Shown one piece after another: positions 12,841-27,110 of a stretch of DNA of 64,000 bases (its first letter is position 1; each line of letters opens with the position of its first letter). Below the pieces are notes generated by a model that did not search any database, was not told where the DNA came from, and saw only the letters and a list, made by a program, of their open reading frames with translations. Source of the DNA: Camelus ferus (lineage: Eukaryota); the NCBI RefSeq assembly GCF_009834535.1, contig NC_045697.1, positions 95,358,001 through 95,422,000 of the forward strand. The letters are read 5' to 3'. Position numbers and translations under genes: made by a program.

Positions 12841-15800
12841 GTGATTTCTAAATTTGCTTCTACTGAGGCTTAATTAAACCTCAATGGCTGTACAAAAGAT
12901 ATGCCATAATAAAAAATATAGTTAGACTCACACCATGCATGAAAGTGCTAAACAAATTGCTCTAGGTGTATATGTAAACCAAGAGGCTAAGGTCTTCTTG
13001 TTAATCACTCTTAGGCATCTATAGTTTTCAAAATGTACAAGGAATTCTCCCTTCTTTATATAATCTCCTCAGACTTTTGTTTGGCATTATAATTATCCCC
13101 ACAAACCTACCCAACTGTGATTCTTTTTTTTTCTTTTTTCTTTTTTTTTAACAAACTACCAGGGATGAATTCTGAATATTTTATCTTTTCTATATTACTG
13201 ATTTGAAATATATATAAATCAAAATGTTGTTAGTATCAGGGAAACCATAAATATCAACAAAACTAAAGAGAGAAAATATTTACATTGTAACATCTTGAGG
13301 GACAAATAATACCAATGTTGTTTATTAACAATGACTAAAAATTGGAGTGTGTGATTTAAGATGGTGTTGACTATGAGACATCAAATCAAATGGGCTTTTT
13401 CAACTAATCAGTGTTTGGATTTACAGTAGTAAACACATGTAAACATTAGAGATTGGTGTTCTGGGGATTGGTACTTTTATGTTTTTAAGTTTATTTTACC
13501 TAGAAGCAATGCACACACATACACACACCCCATTCTAAAATACCAAGTTTACAAACTAAAGACAACAGTTCTAACTCTCCCATTCCTCATAATTCATATA
13601 CTATTTTAACAGTAAGTTTGTTTATTATACTATTTTCAAGTTTGAAAATACTTCTCTCCTTCAAAATATATTCTACTGAATGTTCTCTTATGAACATCTG
13701 TACTACCATCTACTGGAAAGGTAAGTATATATCAACAATCACTTTCTTATCAACCATTCAAAACAGAATACAATTAATTTGAAAACAGGCAAAACAATAT
13801 TATTTTTGATAATCAAAATCTACCCCAATTGATAACAATAATAAATAATTGTGATTGCACACACATATCATTCTGAAAAATATATAGACACATACGTATA
13901 TATACTGCAGTATCAGTTCCTTGTGAGTACACATTGTAACATGTTTAATTAAATTGCATAATTATTCAGTATTGTTCAGGAAATCTTTTTTATCTTATGA
14001 TTTTACTGTTAGTTTTCAATTACTTTCTGAATGTAAAGTTCAAATAAAGTTTGGATATATTGAATTAACTTTTTACCTGTCAATATTTACACGCTTTTGT
14101 TTTTTTTTAATGGCCATGAATGTCAGATAAAACATCTACGTAAGATTCAGAAATGTGAAATAAAGCACTATATGTGCAAGTAAGGGTAGGCAGATAAATG
14201 GCTCAATTTCATGGACATCTAAGCTGCATGAATTCATGTTTGTGCACTACGATGGCCATGTGTCCACATGTGGAGAGTGAGACACAGAGGGGAAGTTGTG
14301 GCACATGCACACATGCTGCACTGTAGGGAGTCTAGGCTCATATCCTGACTCCTAAACCTGTGAGCTGTTAAAATGATCAATTGAAGTAACATTTCTGATA
14401 TTCAGAATCATACATACTAAGACTTTGAGAACTTCAGAGATAAGTGATATAAAGTTCCCACTAGCTCTTCTTATAATACAGGATAATTAACAAAAATTCT
14501 AGATGATAACAGTTTACAGATATTTTACAAATACCTTTGGATTTATTTTTCATTTTTTAGGGGACCCCTTAGTCATCACTACTCTTCAGTCAGCCAACAT
14601 ATTCTAATACTTGTGATTAGGTTCATAGGAGTACCTAAGCCAGCAATGAATTGGTTCATTTGTTTGAAATATAAAGGAAAACCAAAGTTGAGTTAATTTT
14701 CGTTCTCAACATATGCATTCGGTGAGACAATGTATGTGCATTAAATATATTTCTTTTAGTTCTGAAAATAGACTGTTTGAAAAATGTATTAAAGTATAGA
14801 AGCTACAAACAAAAAAAATAGAAAAAATAGAATGGATTTTTATGTACTTGGGAATTACTTTCAATAATTAAGAACTATATCCAATTAAATGGCAAGGCAG
14901 CCAAGTCATAAATTTTATTGTTGTTGTTAGTGTTTATTGTTACTGTTTATCATTAAATAAGATTTAGTAAATAAGATCAACATACGTTTGAATTTAGAAT
15001 CAATTTGCAAGACGTTTCTTCTGGGCAAGTAGAAATGGAAATTTATTTAGAACTGTAGAAATGGTAAAAGCAGCTACTTAAAATCAGGCATATTTAAGGA
15101 GCTCATTATTTTTACTCAAGTACTTACTAAGTGTAGTTGGAAATCAACATTTAATGATTTTGGTTAAACATCAGAGTAAAGTGCAATCTCAAATTATAAA
15201 ATCAGCATTTTCCTTCGTTAGTAGTTAAGAGTAATAGGAAAGAAAAATTATTTTGCTATAAAGTTTAGCTACTGAGGTTGGCAAGTAATAAAATAAATAT
15301 GTTGGTTTAGAATGATTTACTACAACAATGACATCCATATATCTACACTTGCTATAATTTAATGAGCTTTTCTGACTGGTAGTGAATGCTTTAAATGTGT
15401 TCCAATAAATTAAACAATTACATTTATGTGTTATTCACAGTTATTTTATTACACTTCATAATAAATAAATCTTGAGAATACAAATTTGAAAAGGCAATTT
15501 ATTTGATATTCCAAAAATCAATCATGTTTCTAATTCATATAAGACATTAGAGCAGTGTGAAATATATTACAAAAGAAAACAAACAGTAAAATAAATATAA
15601 AATCATTAATTTTATGATAGTATTTTAATCCTTGAAATCATCATCAAAAAACCATTATCTATATAAGTAAAAATAAGAAATTATGTTTTCAAGTAATTTA
15701 TACATTACCTCCTGAGGTATATGCTATTGTAATTAGTGACAAAATGTGTTAAGTACACTTTTGTAAGCTTTCTCAATTTTTATAATATCACTCATTTAAG

Positions 15801-18299
15801 AAGCAATATTTTAGGAACTCATATGCCTTTTACCTGCACTTTTATAAAATTTTTATAGTCATACATTTTGTGATTCTTACCTACATGCTCAAACTTTTTT
15901 ACTATAACCTATCTTTTTTTCGTAATTCTCAATTATCCTTTATTTCTTTAATATATCTAAAAAAAAAAAAAAAAGGTTAGACATGATCAAATGTGAAAAG
16001 TATGTACATACACATACAAATTGCATTTCAATGATTGTAAACTTCACTTTACAAAGTTGTAAATGTATGTATTACATTTACTTCTAACTAGTTTTACAAC
16101 TAAGTAAGATATCATATGCAAATAACCTAGCAGAGTTTCTATCTAATAATGGTTGTGTTATGCATGTTAGTTCTAGCCTTTCAGTCGTAGGAGAAAATTA
16201 TCTAACATTTTGTTAAATGATTCAAGGAACCATGTGCCTCCCCGCCCCCAACACCTATGTGTATGGAAAAAAGGATGTTAAAAAGATGATAAATAGCCTG
16301 ACATTTGGGGATTCTCTCTAAAAATCAGTGAAGAAATACTACAAGCAGTAGGTTTACAGTGAAACAGTGTACCTACTCTCCATGTCAAAAGTGTTTTTTC
16401 AGTTATAAAACCTCTTCATTTGAAAGATCTAATAATTTTTGTTCCAGTTTAACTAAGCTTATCCTTGAATTTGTGTATACATCCCCAGTATCAAATTCAA
16501 ACTCAAGTAGATGACAGTTTCTTGTTCGTGTCCATAAATTTGTGGGGTTTTTTAAATTTGGGCATACAAAGAAGCAGTCCTATACACATATAACTTTAAT
16601 ATATCTGAAGCATTTTTCTACCACTGAAATGAAAAATAAAATAATTGGAAAAACACTAAGTTTGAGGCTTGATCATTGTGTTTAGTGTGAGCCTGTCCAA
16701 GTGTGCATATGTAAGTTTGTTTTCTTTTTATGTTTGAATAATATTGAACATTTTTTGTTTATCCCAGCATAGAAATGATAATTTTTTGACCATGCATCCT
16801 TAATAAAAAGAAGAAAAGACAAAATAGCTGCAATCATTATCCAGTCCTACTGTGAGCAAATTACTTTCCGGAGATCACTCATGAGAGGCTAACGTCTTCT
16901 TCCAGAACACTAGGGTTCTATTTCTGTTACCTCTTCTGGTACAGTAAATGACATTTAGGTGTCTGATAGAGTACATTTGCCTCTTAGGTATACCATATTC
17001 ACTGAAGCATCACACAATAATATTAACTTAGATTGTAAATTCAGTGAACCAGTACCTATCATTCCCAATTCTATTTTATGTGATAGCACCTAATTCACTG
17101 CAGAAAACTGCTTTCAGTTTGAATATTGTTGAAAAAATTATAAGAACAAAGGTAGAAAAGAATGAGTAATAACATTCAAAATTAAGGAATACATTCGAGT
17201 TTTTTTTCAAATCAATTGTATGTCTGGTATTCCTAATCTACTTACTTTTCTAGAACCTAATTTTATAGAACTAGTTTATTATCTTTCTTTAAGCATTTGT
17301 TGCCACTTTTTTTTTACTTGATAGCTTTTTTTTCCTTTTTAAAAATCTTTTATGGTGCTGTTTCCACACTCCCTTTCACTGATTTTGTTTCCAATTATCC
17401 TTTACTTTTCTTAGTCACAAAACAGAAAAGCAGAAGGAAGCTGAAATAAGAAAATTACCTTTTTAATATTTTATAAAAATTAGTTTTTAATCCCATAACC
17501 TGAGCTCATATACCCTTTTTCAACTAGAAAAAAACATCATAGTACTAGGACTTATTTATGTTCTCCAGCTAAGACCATCTATTTCCAGAAAATTTATGTC
17601 ACATTTTAACCCATCCCTGTATCTGTAGAAAATATGTTCATATAAAGGAAGAAATGCAAAAGAATAAAAAAACAATCAGTAAGCCAGTAAGTCTAGAATG
17701 TTTATTTTTTGAAAAGCAATGCATCTATAAAATGGTTTCAGTAATGCTGAATATTCACAGTATAATTGTGTGTGTGCTTATAAGACAATAGGTAAGGTGA
17801 TACCAGTAGAGAAAAGCATTTTAAAATTATTATAGGATTGCTTAAGCTCTAGGGGAAATTTATTATTGAGATAATATTACAAGTCACTTGGTTTAGCATA
17901 ACTCAACAATGCTTAAATCTTTTTCATAATTCTCAGAAATGATTATTCAATATAGATAGCACTCCTTTTTAAGATTATTCTTAATGTGAAGGAGTTGGGT
18001 GGTACACATATACAATCATGGTGAAATAATTTGGAATTGAGTCTCAAGGTAAGCAGAAATATAATAATTATTTCTTAGAAATTGAATGGAGGGGATAAAA
18101 GGAGATTAAGAATCCATGTAGAAATGAAAAGAGGAAATTAATATTTAGACAAAGGAAAGAGCAGAAGGAAAGGAATAAAGAGAAAGAAGAAAGAGCAAAG
18201 GATTTGGTAGAGTTATCACCAGTTTCCCTTTGGAGTACAATTATCAGTTTATTTTAACACAGGTGGCTTCTGTATCTTCATCAATAATAGTTCATTTTA

Positions 18300-19000
18300 G
18301 GCTAGCATCAAAAATGTCTACAAGTAATAAATGCTGGGTTTGGAAAAAAGGGAACCCTCCTACACCATTGGTGGGAGTGTAGTTTGGTGCAGCCACTATG
18401 GAAAACAGTATGGAGATTCCTTAAAAAACTAAAATAGACTTACCATATGATCCAGCAATCCCACTCCTGGGCATATATCCAGAGAAAATTATAATTCTAA
18501 AAGCAATCTAAGTGTCCATCAACAGACAAATGGATAGAGAAGATGTAATATATATTTTCCAATGGAATATTATTCAGTCACAAAAAATGAAATATTGCTA
18601 TTTGCTACAACAAAGATGGACCCAGAGAACATAATACTAAGTGAATTCAATCAGTCAGGGAAAGACAGATATATCACTTATATGTGCAATCTGGATTCCT
18701 CAAATGAACTTACTTACAAAACAGAAACAGATTCACAGATATACAAACTTATGGTTACCAAAGGGACAGGGTAGGAGGCATAAGTTAGGAGTATGGAATT
18801 AACAGATACACATTACTATATATAAAATAGATAAGCAACAAGGATTTACTGTGTAGCACAGGGAACTATACTGAATATCTTGTAATAGCCTATAATGGAA
18901 AATGACCTGTAAATATATATATATGTAACTGAATGATTTTGCTGTACACCTGAAACTAACACAATATTGTAAATTAATTATACTTCAGTAAAAAAAGAAG
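18300..19000 (+). mobile_element. 5'-truncated cetartiodactyl-type L1 (ORF2 end + 3' UTR) with target-site duplication
   Basis: agggaaccctcctacaccattggtgggag...gatccagcaatcccactcctgggcatatatcc...gctgtacacctgaaactaacacaatattgtaaa then A-tail; TSD tagttcatttta at 18288-18299 and 19001-19012. Confidence 0.92.
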
Positions 19001-19084
19001 TAGTTCATTTTATGTTAGAGGGCCTTCCTAATATTTACTGAAATTTGCAAACTCTTCTCTTGGAGACTTGCTTTTCTCTAACAC

Positions 19085-19212
19085 CTTGCTCCTTAATGAG
19101 TAGTTTGCAGATCATCAGTGGCAGCATCACCTGGGAGCCTGTTGGAAATGCAGACATTTGTGACAAGATCCCAAGTAATTTGTAACACATATAAATACTT
19201 GGGAAGTACCAC
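19085..19212. mobile_element. MER5A-like hAT-Charlie MITE (internally deleted)
   Basis: gcagcatcacctgggagcctgttggaaatgcagac...aagatcccaagtaatttg...ttgggaagtaccact. Confidence 0.7.
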
Positions 19213-20379
19213 TTATAACATGTTTTTAAATTTACAAATAAAATCATTTTAAACTGTATGAAATTTCAAATCAGAATGACTGAATGTGGAGGAGATACTA
19301 GACTGTTTGCATGAAACTTACATTAAGTTTAGAATTATATTAGAGCACACTGTGGAGGAAAGCTGATGGACTTAGTGAGCATGGAGGATCTAGGAAAGAC
19401 CGTTGGAGGCTAACTACAATTTTCTGTTAAAGAGAGGAATGCAGTGTAACTCATGGTTCCATCTGAAAATCTTTGAAACAAATGTTACCATTTTAGGGGG
19501 AGGTAGAGAATCATCACGTGGATCATGTAGGGGTGTGTTGGGCCATAGAGGCATTTTAGATGATGGCAATGTGCCGTTACTGGGCCCTGACTGGAGTTTT
19601 AGGGAAACAGATGAATCAATAAATCCTTTAGGCAGCAGTTTCTAAGAGCCAATAATCATGTCTTTTGTTTGTGGGTTATATGGGTTTTGTTTTTGTTTTC
19701 TGGAGGGTAATATGGAGAGGATGTGAACAAAGAAGGAGTGTGGAACTTTTTGAAACTTCACTACCATCAAGTTGCTGTTCTGAGCTCTCAAGGACAGAGT
19801 AGATGAGAAGGTTTTGTTTTGTTTTGTTTTGTTTTTCTTTCACAGAACCATTGTGAAATTCAACACCATTGAATATTGACTCTCAAAATGTCACCAAAGC
19901 AAACTATTAGTAATGCAAGGCTAAGTGTGTTGCTTAAATGGTAAGGGAGTAAATATATATATTTTACTTACTTTATCCTGACGGTAAATACAAGGTTTCT
20001 GGATCAGAGGCAGATTGATTGTTTACTTACAAAAATATCTTGGTACTGGTTGTCTATGCTACATTTTCCTCCATGGGACAGTATGGTGACAGCCAGGACC
20101 TGCAGGTGGAGTGGAGGAGTAAAAAGGGGTCCACACTATAGGAGAGGAATTCAAAATTATAAAAGTAGAAACTTAAAATATATAGGTGTTGGCATATTAA
20201 CCACCACTCCCCTCTAGGGATACAGTGATATTTTTACTCTGGAATGTAAACAGATCCTCTGTTTGAGAAAGAAAGAGAAATTCACCTAGGTTCTCACAAC
20301 CCTTTGAAACGTAATCAATGATTCTGGGTTCTATTACCATTTGACAGGGCTCCAAACCTATCACCTTAGAATGAGGGGT

Positions 20380-20878
20380 AAATGATTTTAGGAAAAAGGA
20401 GGCATTCTCTGTCATTAGAGCATTTTAACTGTCTTTATCAGAAAGGCCTGATTGTGCAGAAAAATAAAAATATTCTCAACAGGGGAGCACTACCTTGATA
20501 GTATCTTAGTGAGAGAGAATGGCAAAGCCAGGATATTTATTAAGAATCTGAAGTCCTTTTAGGGTGAGTCTCTCAGTGAAGGGGATCAGTTAGGATAGGC
20601 TAAGAATCAGGATGCAAGTTTAGAATTGGGAAAGAACAGTAAGGCCAGGATTTGAGGCAAGGGATTTAAAGAGTTCTAAGGTGTAAACTATTGTTTGATG
20701 TTTCCCATCGAAGAGTTGATGTATCTTTCAGAAAATTCCTGGAATGAAATTATTTGGAACTTTTATCTCTAGGGCAAGAGTTTTCTAGCATTATAAAGTT
20801 ACATTAATGAAGACAACGGAATCAAAATATGTTAATGTCAGTTGTAAGCTGTGTAATTGGTTTTGATTCTTAGTGCAT
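20380..20878 (-). mobile_element. Ancient ERV1-type LTR (MER110/MER90-like)
   Basis: Ends ...tgttaatgtcagttgtaagctgtgtaattggttttgattcttagtgca; gggcaagagtttt and aaattcctggaatgaa motifs; left boundary uncertain. Confidence 0.5.
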
Positions 20879-22039
20879 TCTATGTACATTTGGTGTAGAG
20901 TTAACCACTTATACCTCAGGTCCCACCCTCCCTTCACACCCCATCATGACCCACCTGTTGACTGGTCTCTTAATTGGCTCTTGCCTCTGGTACAGCTGCA
21001 GACACATGGGATGGGCAAGAAATCTGGATAAGGAGGTTTAAACAGAAAAAATAGGAGCCTGAGTATTTCTGAGACTCAAGCACACTTAGGAAAGTTTCAA
21101 AATATATCTGGTCAATGGCATAGGGGATGTTAGGGAAGGCTCTGAAGTCCTGCCTGACATGGCAGAAGCTAAAACCTATCATAATTGAGCCATTAATGTA
21201 AAATGAACTTATAGTCACCCGTATGCTGGTAAGTCCTGGCGTGTTTGTGTTTCATCACTGGTTTCTGAAGAGGTAATTAATCGTATTGTGGTCAATCAGA
21301 ACTCTTATCTACATAAAATTGATCTAATTATTAAGAAAACTTATAAAACTTTTTTTTTCTATTAGAGGTTTCAGTGTAATTTTGTGGGAAGAATATTTTC
21401 TCTGATGCCATATATTTCCCAAATGTTAGTAAACAGAAATACATCAACAAACAATATGCTATGAAATTATGCAAAGAAAATCATAAGAAAATATGTGCAT
21501 GGAAATGCTATAGAAAAGAAATACTTGTCAAGTATTTTTTTAAGTATAAACAAAATCATATGAGTATGTGCAGAACAATCACTTCACAATCCAGAGCATG
21601 ATTAATTTGTTTTTTGTAAAACCTATTTGGTTTTGTAAATAAAGTGGAATCATTAAGTCGTGAATCAGATTAGGAAAATGAAAACAAATCAGTTAAATAG
21701 ATGCTTCAGTAAAATTTTAAGCTTTTAAGAAAGTAGCAATGATTATTTGAAGATAGCTCAACCTCTGTCTTAGTACAAGATAGTGGGTTTTGCAAATCCC
21801 TAATCCTGTAATATGTGCCATGAAAATGGGATTCGGAAAGAAATAACCTTAGGAAGGCATTAGCTATGAATAATCCTGCAATAAAGAAACCTCTTTAACT
21901 TTGTTTAACTCACTGTTTGCCAGACTTAATTAACCATTGCATGTTTTACTTCATATATCTTTCAGTACAGCAGAACTAACACAAATGCTTTACACAGTAT
22001 GTCAGGTGAATCTGTACTGTCTGTAGCTCTATCATGAAT

Positions 22040-22392
22040 TTGAATAGCGGTGCCTTGCTGTGCAAAATGTGGACCAGCAGCACTAGAATCCCCTGAAACA
22101 TTGTTAGAAATACAAAGTTTATCACCTTGAAAAACTGGATAAGAATTTGAATTTTATAAGATCCCTAAGTGATTCATAAGCATATTAAAGTGAGAAGCCA
22201 CTTTAAGAAGTGATTTTCAAACATGGCTAAACATTAGTATAATGTGGAAATGTGCTTTTTCTAGTATCAATGCCTTGGTGCCACACACACACACATACAC
22301 AAACTAAGCTGTAAGTGTTTTGGGTGGAATCCAAGCATTTTATGGAAAGCTCACTAGATGATCCTAATTTGCAGCCAGATATGAGAACTGTA
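22040..22392. mobile_element. Two adjacent MER5-family MITEs
   Basis: gaccagcagcactagaatcccctgaaacattgttagaaat...aagatccctaagtgattc; then gtgattttcaaacatggctaaacattag...gatgatcctaatttgcagccagatatgagaac. Confidence 0.65.
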
Positions 22393-22549
22393 GGTAAAAA
22401 ACAACACTACCTTTAAGAAACAACATTAAGGAGTCTCAATTTAATAGCACCTTCATATTTATAGTAGTTCAAGACAAAACCTTGGAGTCTATTTTGACTT
22501 TCCACATTTTTTACATACCACATGCAGTCCATTAGAAATCATAAGCAAA

Positions 22550-22790
22550 GACACCCACTTTTAGCCAGGGTAGAGTATCAGAAACCAGGTTTAACCTCAC
22601 ACTTGTAAAAACCAAACAACTGCAACCAAAAAAAAGGACCAAAAATATGAAACAGCAGTTTTCAAGACAACAGGCACCAAGAAAGTAAGGACAATGATCC
22701 TTGAGAAATGGGAAACAGATGAGGTGAAACCTACAATTAACCTGGCGTACTGACTCGGGGTGTTTCCAGGTCCAGCTCAGAAAGTCAAAT
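22550..22790 (+). mobile_element. Old L1 (L1MC/L1MD-type) 5' UTR fragment
   Basis: atatgaaacagcagttttcaagaca...aaggacaatgatccttgagaaatgggaaacagatgaggtgaaacctacaatt. Confidence 0.6.
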
Positions 22791-22796
22791 TCTTCT

Positions 22797-23440
22797 GTTG
22801 TTTTTGTTACTGAGATACATTTAGTATACAACAGTGCAATTGGCTTTAGAACAACATGTGTTTGATCGTGCAGGTCCACTGACAGGAGGATTTTTTTCAA
22901 TAGTGGATATTACGGTACTACATGACCCAAGATTGGTTGAATCCACAGATGTGGAGCTGTGGCTGTGGAGAGCCAACTAAAAGTTATGCTCAGATTTTCC
23001 ACTTTGAGGAGGATAGGTGCCCCTCACCCATGCTTTGTTGAGAGTCAGCTATCTATTAGTTTCAGATGTGCAGTGCAAAGATTTGGTATTTGTACATATT
23101 GAGAAATGATCACCAAAATAATTCTACTTAACACTCATCACCACATAGTTACAATTTTTTTTCTTGTGATGAGAATTTTTTAAATCTATTGTCTTACCAA
23201 TTTTCAAATATACAACATAGTATTATTAACTGTAGCCATTATTCTATACATTACATCCCCAGGAGTTATTTATTTTATAACTGGAAGTTAGTGCCTTTTA
23301 TCCACCTTCACCCATTTCACCTACCCCCACCACCCCCTGGCTCTGGCAACCACTGATCTCTTCTCTGTATCTACCAATTAGGTTTTGTTTATTTGTTTTT
23401 TAGATTCTGCATGTAAGTGAAATCTTGAGGTATTTTTCTC
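22797..23440 (-). mobile_element. L1 3' UTR (laurasiatherian L1MA9-descendant type), interrupted by a Tigger MITE
   Basis: tactgagatacatttagtatacaaca [insert] tattagtttcagatgtgcag...aaatgatcacc...tttttcttgtgatgagaattttt...ctctggcaaccactgatct. Confidence 0.8.
22837..23051. mobile_element. Tigger2-derived MITE (TcMar-Tigger; Tigger2a/MER8-like)
   Basis: Degenerate TIRs caattggctttagaacaac ... ttgttgagagtcagcta; internal ttggttgaatccacagatgtggag. Confidence 0.75.
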
Positions 23441-23519
23441 CCTCATTCAAAATTTTGTATAGAGTTTTCTAAAATTTTGATCCCCATTTACTCGATTCAT
23501 TTCCACCTATCAACCTTTT

Positions 23520-24830
23520 GCAAAACAGGTTCTGGTTCCATGACATCAATAAATCACAGCTCTCTTGCATGTAACTAAATCCATCAGGAATTTTTCCTTC
23601 TTGTACTTGACTCCACAAGCTTTCCACACTTTTGTGTGTTTCTCTTTCTTTTAAATTGTCATCCCTTGGCTTTCTTGACATCAAACATTCCTAATTTTTT
23701 TTTCTTTTTCCCCATGAGTTCTTCTCTTTGAAGGCCCATTTTCCTCTTTAGTATAATTAAAATATCTGCCCAGTCGTTCAAACTAGTGGCCCTTGCTTTT
23801 ATCAGTGATTTCAATTTCACTTGAACAGAGATGATTGTCTAATGTGTATCTCCAGCCTAGTCTTCTTTTCTCTTATTTCATATTTATTTTTAGATATTTC
23901 AAACTTAACATGTCCATAATTTAAAATAAAACTGTCTTTCCCAAATGTGATTTTACAACATTTCCATCTTTTTCATGAATGTGAACCAACATGTATCCAC
24001 TTAAGAAATATGTAACTTAGAAATTATGCTTGATGTCTCCCTCTTCCTCAAACCCTATATCAAATATTTCTGTCAACTTTACCTCCTAATTATTTCACAG
24101 ATTGATCCACATCTCCACGTCCCTAGTAGCATATTACTTCCAGTCACTGAAGTATTTCACTTTGACCACTGCAGTAGACCTTCATCTGGCCTCCGTAAGT
24201 GTACTTCTCCCTCACTCAAATCCATTTTTTTTTAAATACGGTAAACAAAATTCTTTTGCTCTACAGTGATCATGCCACTCGCTGACTAAAAATGCACAGT
24301 CATTTTCATTGCTCTAAGTATATAAAGAAACATTTTATTGTAATTAAGAAGGCCCTCATGGTCTTGCTTCTGTTAATCCCTCGAAAGTTGTTTGCCTCAA
24401 TTGTCCCCTCAGTATCTTCACTGGAGCTATACGCCTACAAAGCTGGTCTCTCTACTCTTTGCCCAGGCAACTCATATTCATCCTCTTTATTTAACCCAAA
24501 CATTTCTTACTCCGTGAAAATTTCTTTCATCTCTCTGCCCAGGTAACACCTGCCTATTAAATGTCCCGAGAGCTCATAGTATGTACCAGTTGTCTTTTTA
24601 CGTATAACTTTACTCATTTACATATAAATATATTTTTGAATGCTATTGCAGCTTCTATTTTTCTTTCCTTAAAAAAAAAAAAGCACGATGTTGTCTTCCT
24701 CCACTGGACTTCAGGTTCGATATGGACAAGGTCAGCATACGTTTCTGCTCATCATTGCATTTCTATGCCTACTCTTGTTTTTGACATACACTCGGCACTC
24801 AATAGTTTTTAAGCAAAGAAAGAAATATAT
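23520..24830 (+). mobile_element. L2 LINE (ORF2 end and 3' UTR), degraded
   Basis: tatctccagcctag, caaacttaacatgtcc, cttgatgtctccctc, gatcatgccactc, ggcactcaatagttttt. Confidence 0.7.
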
Positions 24831-25399
24831 TGATTGAGACAAGAGATGGTAGCTTGAATTACACATTTTTAAGGCTCATATAACGTCTGCTGTTTGTTTT
24901 GAGGGATTTTTGGCATACTACTTGGAAGACTGAGGTTCCCCTCTACTACACCTTCAATCTATCTGGCCTCCCTTGTTCAAACATATATTAGAAGCTCTGA
25001 ATGTGGGAGGACATTTGAAGTTGTGTGCTTTGTGGAAGTTCTGGCAAAGAAAACTTTGAGCTCTTTTTCTTTGAGCTTGGCGTGCTCTTACTAGATGAGT
25101 ACTATTAAGCCCTAGAGCAAAGCAGTAGATCCTAGACTCATGGAGAGAAGTTGTACATCAGCCCGTGTCCCTGGTTTCCCTTCATCCCATGAAGTAAAAA
25201 AAGGAGCTAAAGGTGTGGGCTGAGGTATCCCTGAGTATTGAGGCTGAAGAAATTGGAGTAGTGAAGGTGACAGAGGCTTTCTCCAAATGTATCAGCAGAA
25301 GGCTTTTAGCTGATTTCTTATATCCACTGGCTTTTGATGGACACATGACTTCATGTTCAAACATCTATCAGACTGTTGACTCTTAGGGCATTCCAACAA

Positions 25400-27110
25400 C
25401 CAGGAGACCCAAAACTGGAATAACAATAACAGAAGGTAAGAATCAACAGAACAAATGATCAAAGGAATTGAGCTGTTATAAGAAAAAAGACAAACAATAC
25501 AACAGAGAAGAAATGAAAGCAGTAAAGAAATGTACAGTGAATTGTAACATCAAAAAGGAGTTTGTAGTTTGCAGCAAAACAAACACAGAACACAAAACAA
25601 CCTGATTTTCTACTTAAACAGTTCAATAGATACATGGAGGGAAGTGATGGACGCTGAGGAGACCCAAATTGTTGCCCTTAGAAGATCAACAGAATACAAA
25701 TTTTAAAGCATAAAACAAGAAAAGAGTGATAGTTCATGAAATATCCAAATGAAATAAAATATAAATGACATAATAGGTAGATTCAGAAGATGTCAAGATG
25801 TAAAGATTGCATATACGAATCATTGTACTTGAAGAACAAATGCATGGAGAACTAGCAAAGACAGTAAGAAAGTTAGAATAGCACATAACTCAGCAAACTT
25901 GAACGTGTAAACAGAAGGTTTTCAGGTAGTTCCACGTAAGTCTAGTAACAAAAGACCTCAACAGATCTCAACAGGTTAATATTCAAAATGAGTAATAACT
26001 GATTGTACCCAGGCTCCAACCAATAGGAGCGAATGCCAGTGAAAACAGTGAAACTGCTTTACTGGTACACATAAGCCATACTCAGCCTGGGATTAGAATC
26101 ATTTTATCAAAAATCGTATCTCTTTCAAGAATCCAGACATAAAGAGTTACTTATAAGGGCAAAAATATTTACTTTATATCAATTGCTCTATTTATAACAA
26201 ATATAGAAGAAAGAATTCTAGACTATTGAGGGAAAAGGATTGCAAAAACCAAAATGTTGACCCAATCAAGGTATTATACATGTCAGGACGAGTGTTGTTA
26301 ACCAAGTCAGAAAGCTTTTCTTATTGCAGAACCTCCCAATTCCTTTAACATGCTATTTTGATTAATAATAATGTGAGTAGCATGTATGATGTATGGCATA
26401 TTACAAATTTATCTGGCTATAGAAGATATATTTTGAGTAATATCTTTTAGGTTAGTGCTTTCAAAAACTGTATGTTAGGAAATGCTAAATTAAATTTTAC
26501 AACTTTGTTAAAAAAAAATTAGAATGTTGTCATTAAAATTTCTGGATACATGAGAAGAGTTTCTGAGGAAAAAAATCCCTGCTTTAAACTCTGTATATCT
26601 GAGTAGGTCACGTGAAGGTGTGGGAAAACAATCATAATACCCAGTGGTCACTTAGTGAAATGATATATTATGCTTGGTGATTCAGCAACCCAAACCTGGT
26701 ATTCATTCTAGAAAAACTTGACTATAGGTCTCTGAGGGGACATATTACAAGGGTTTTTTATTATAGCATTAGTTGAATACTAAAGAGTTGCCACAATGTA
26801 ATAGCTATCAGATAATCTCTAGCAAGATGGTAACTGGTATCACGGATGCTATTGGGTAGTAAAACCCAGCAGTCAAAAGAGTAACCTTAAAGCATATGCA
26901 GCAACATGGTTCAAACTTTAAAAATTAAAACAGTACTGAGTAAAAATGAAGAGAATAATGTCTAGTACGATGTTATTTGCTTAATGTAATATGCATACTT
27001 CATGTAGTTTTTCAAATATGCATATACATTCAAGGACATTTATTAACATATAATAAGAGTCTATGGGGGAAAGGAAAAGAGTAGGATTGGTGATCAAGGA
27101 AGAGCAAAAA
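25400..27110 (+). mobile_element. Very old L1ME/HAL1-type fragments
   Basis: A-rich ORF1-like tract and later 3'-end motifs (cagcaacccaaacctggtatt, gcatatgcagcaacatgg). Confidence 0.45.

Noticed and set aside
21519..21537. 9-bp-arm inverted repeat aaatacttg-t-caagtattt
   Set aside because: AT-rich and near chance expectation.
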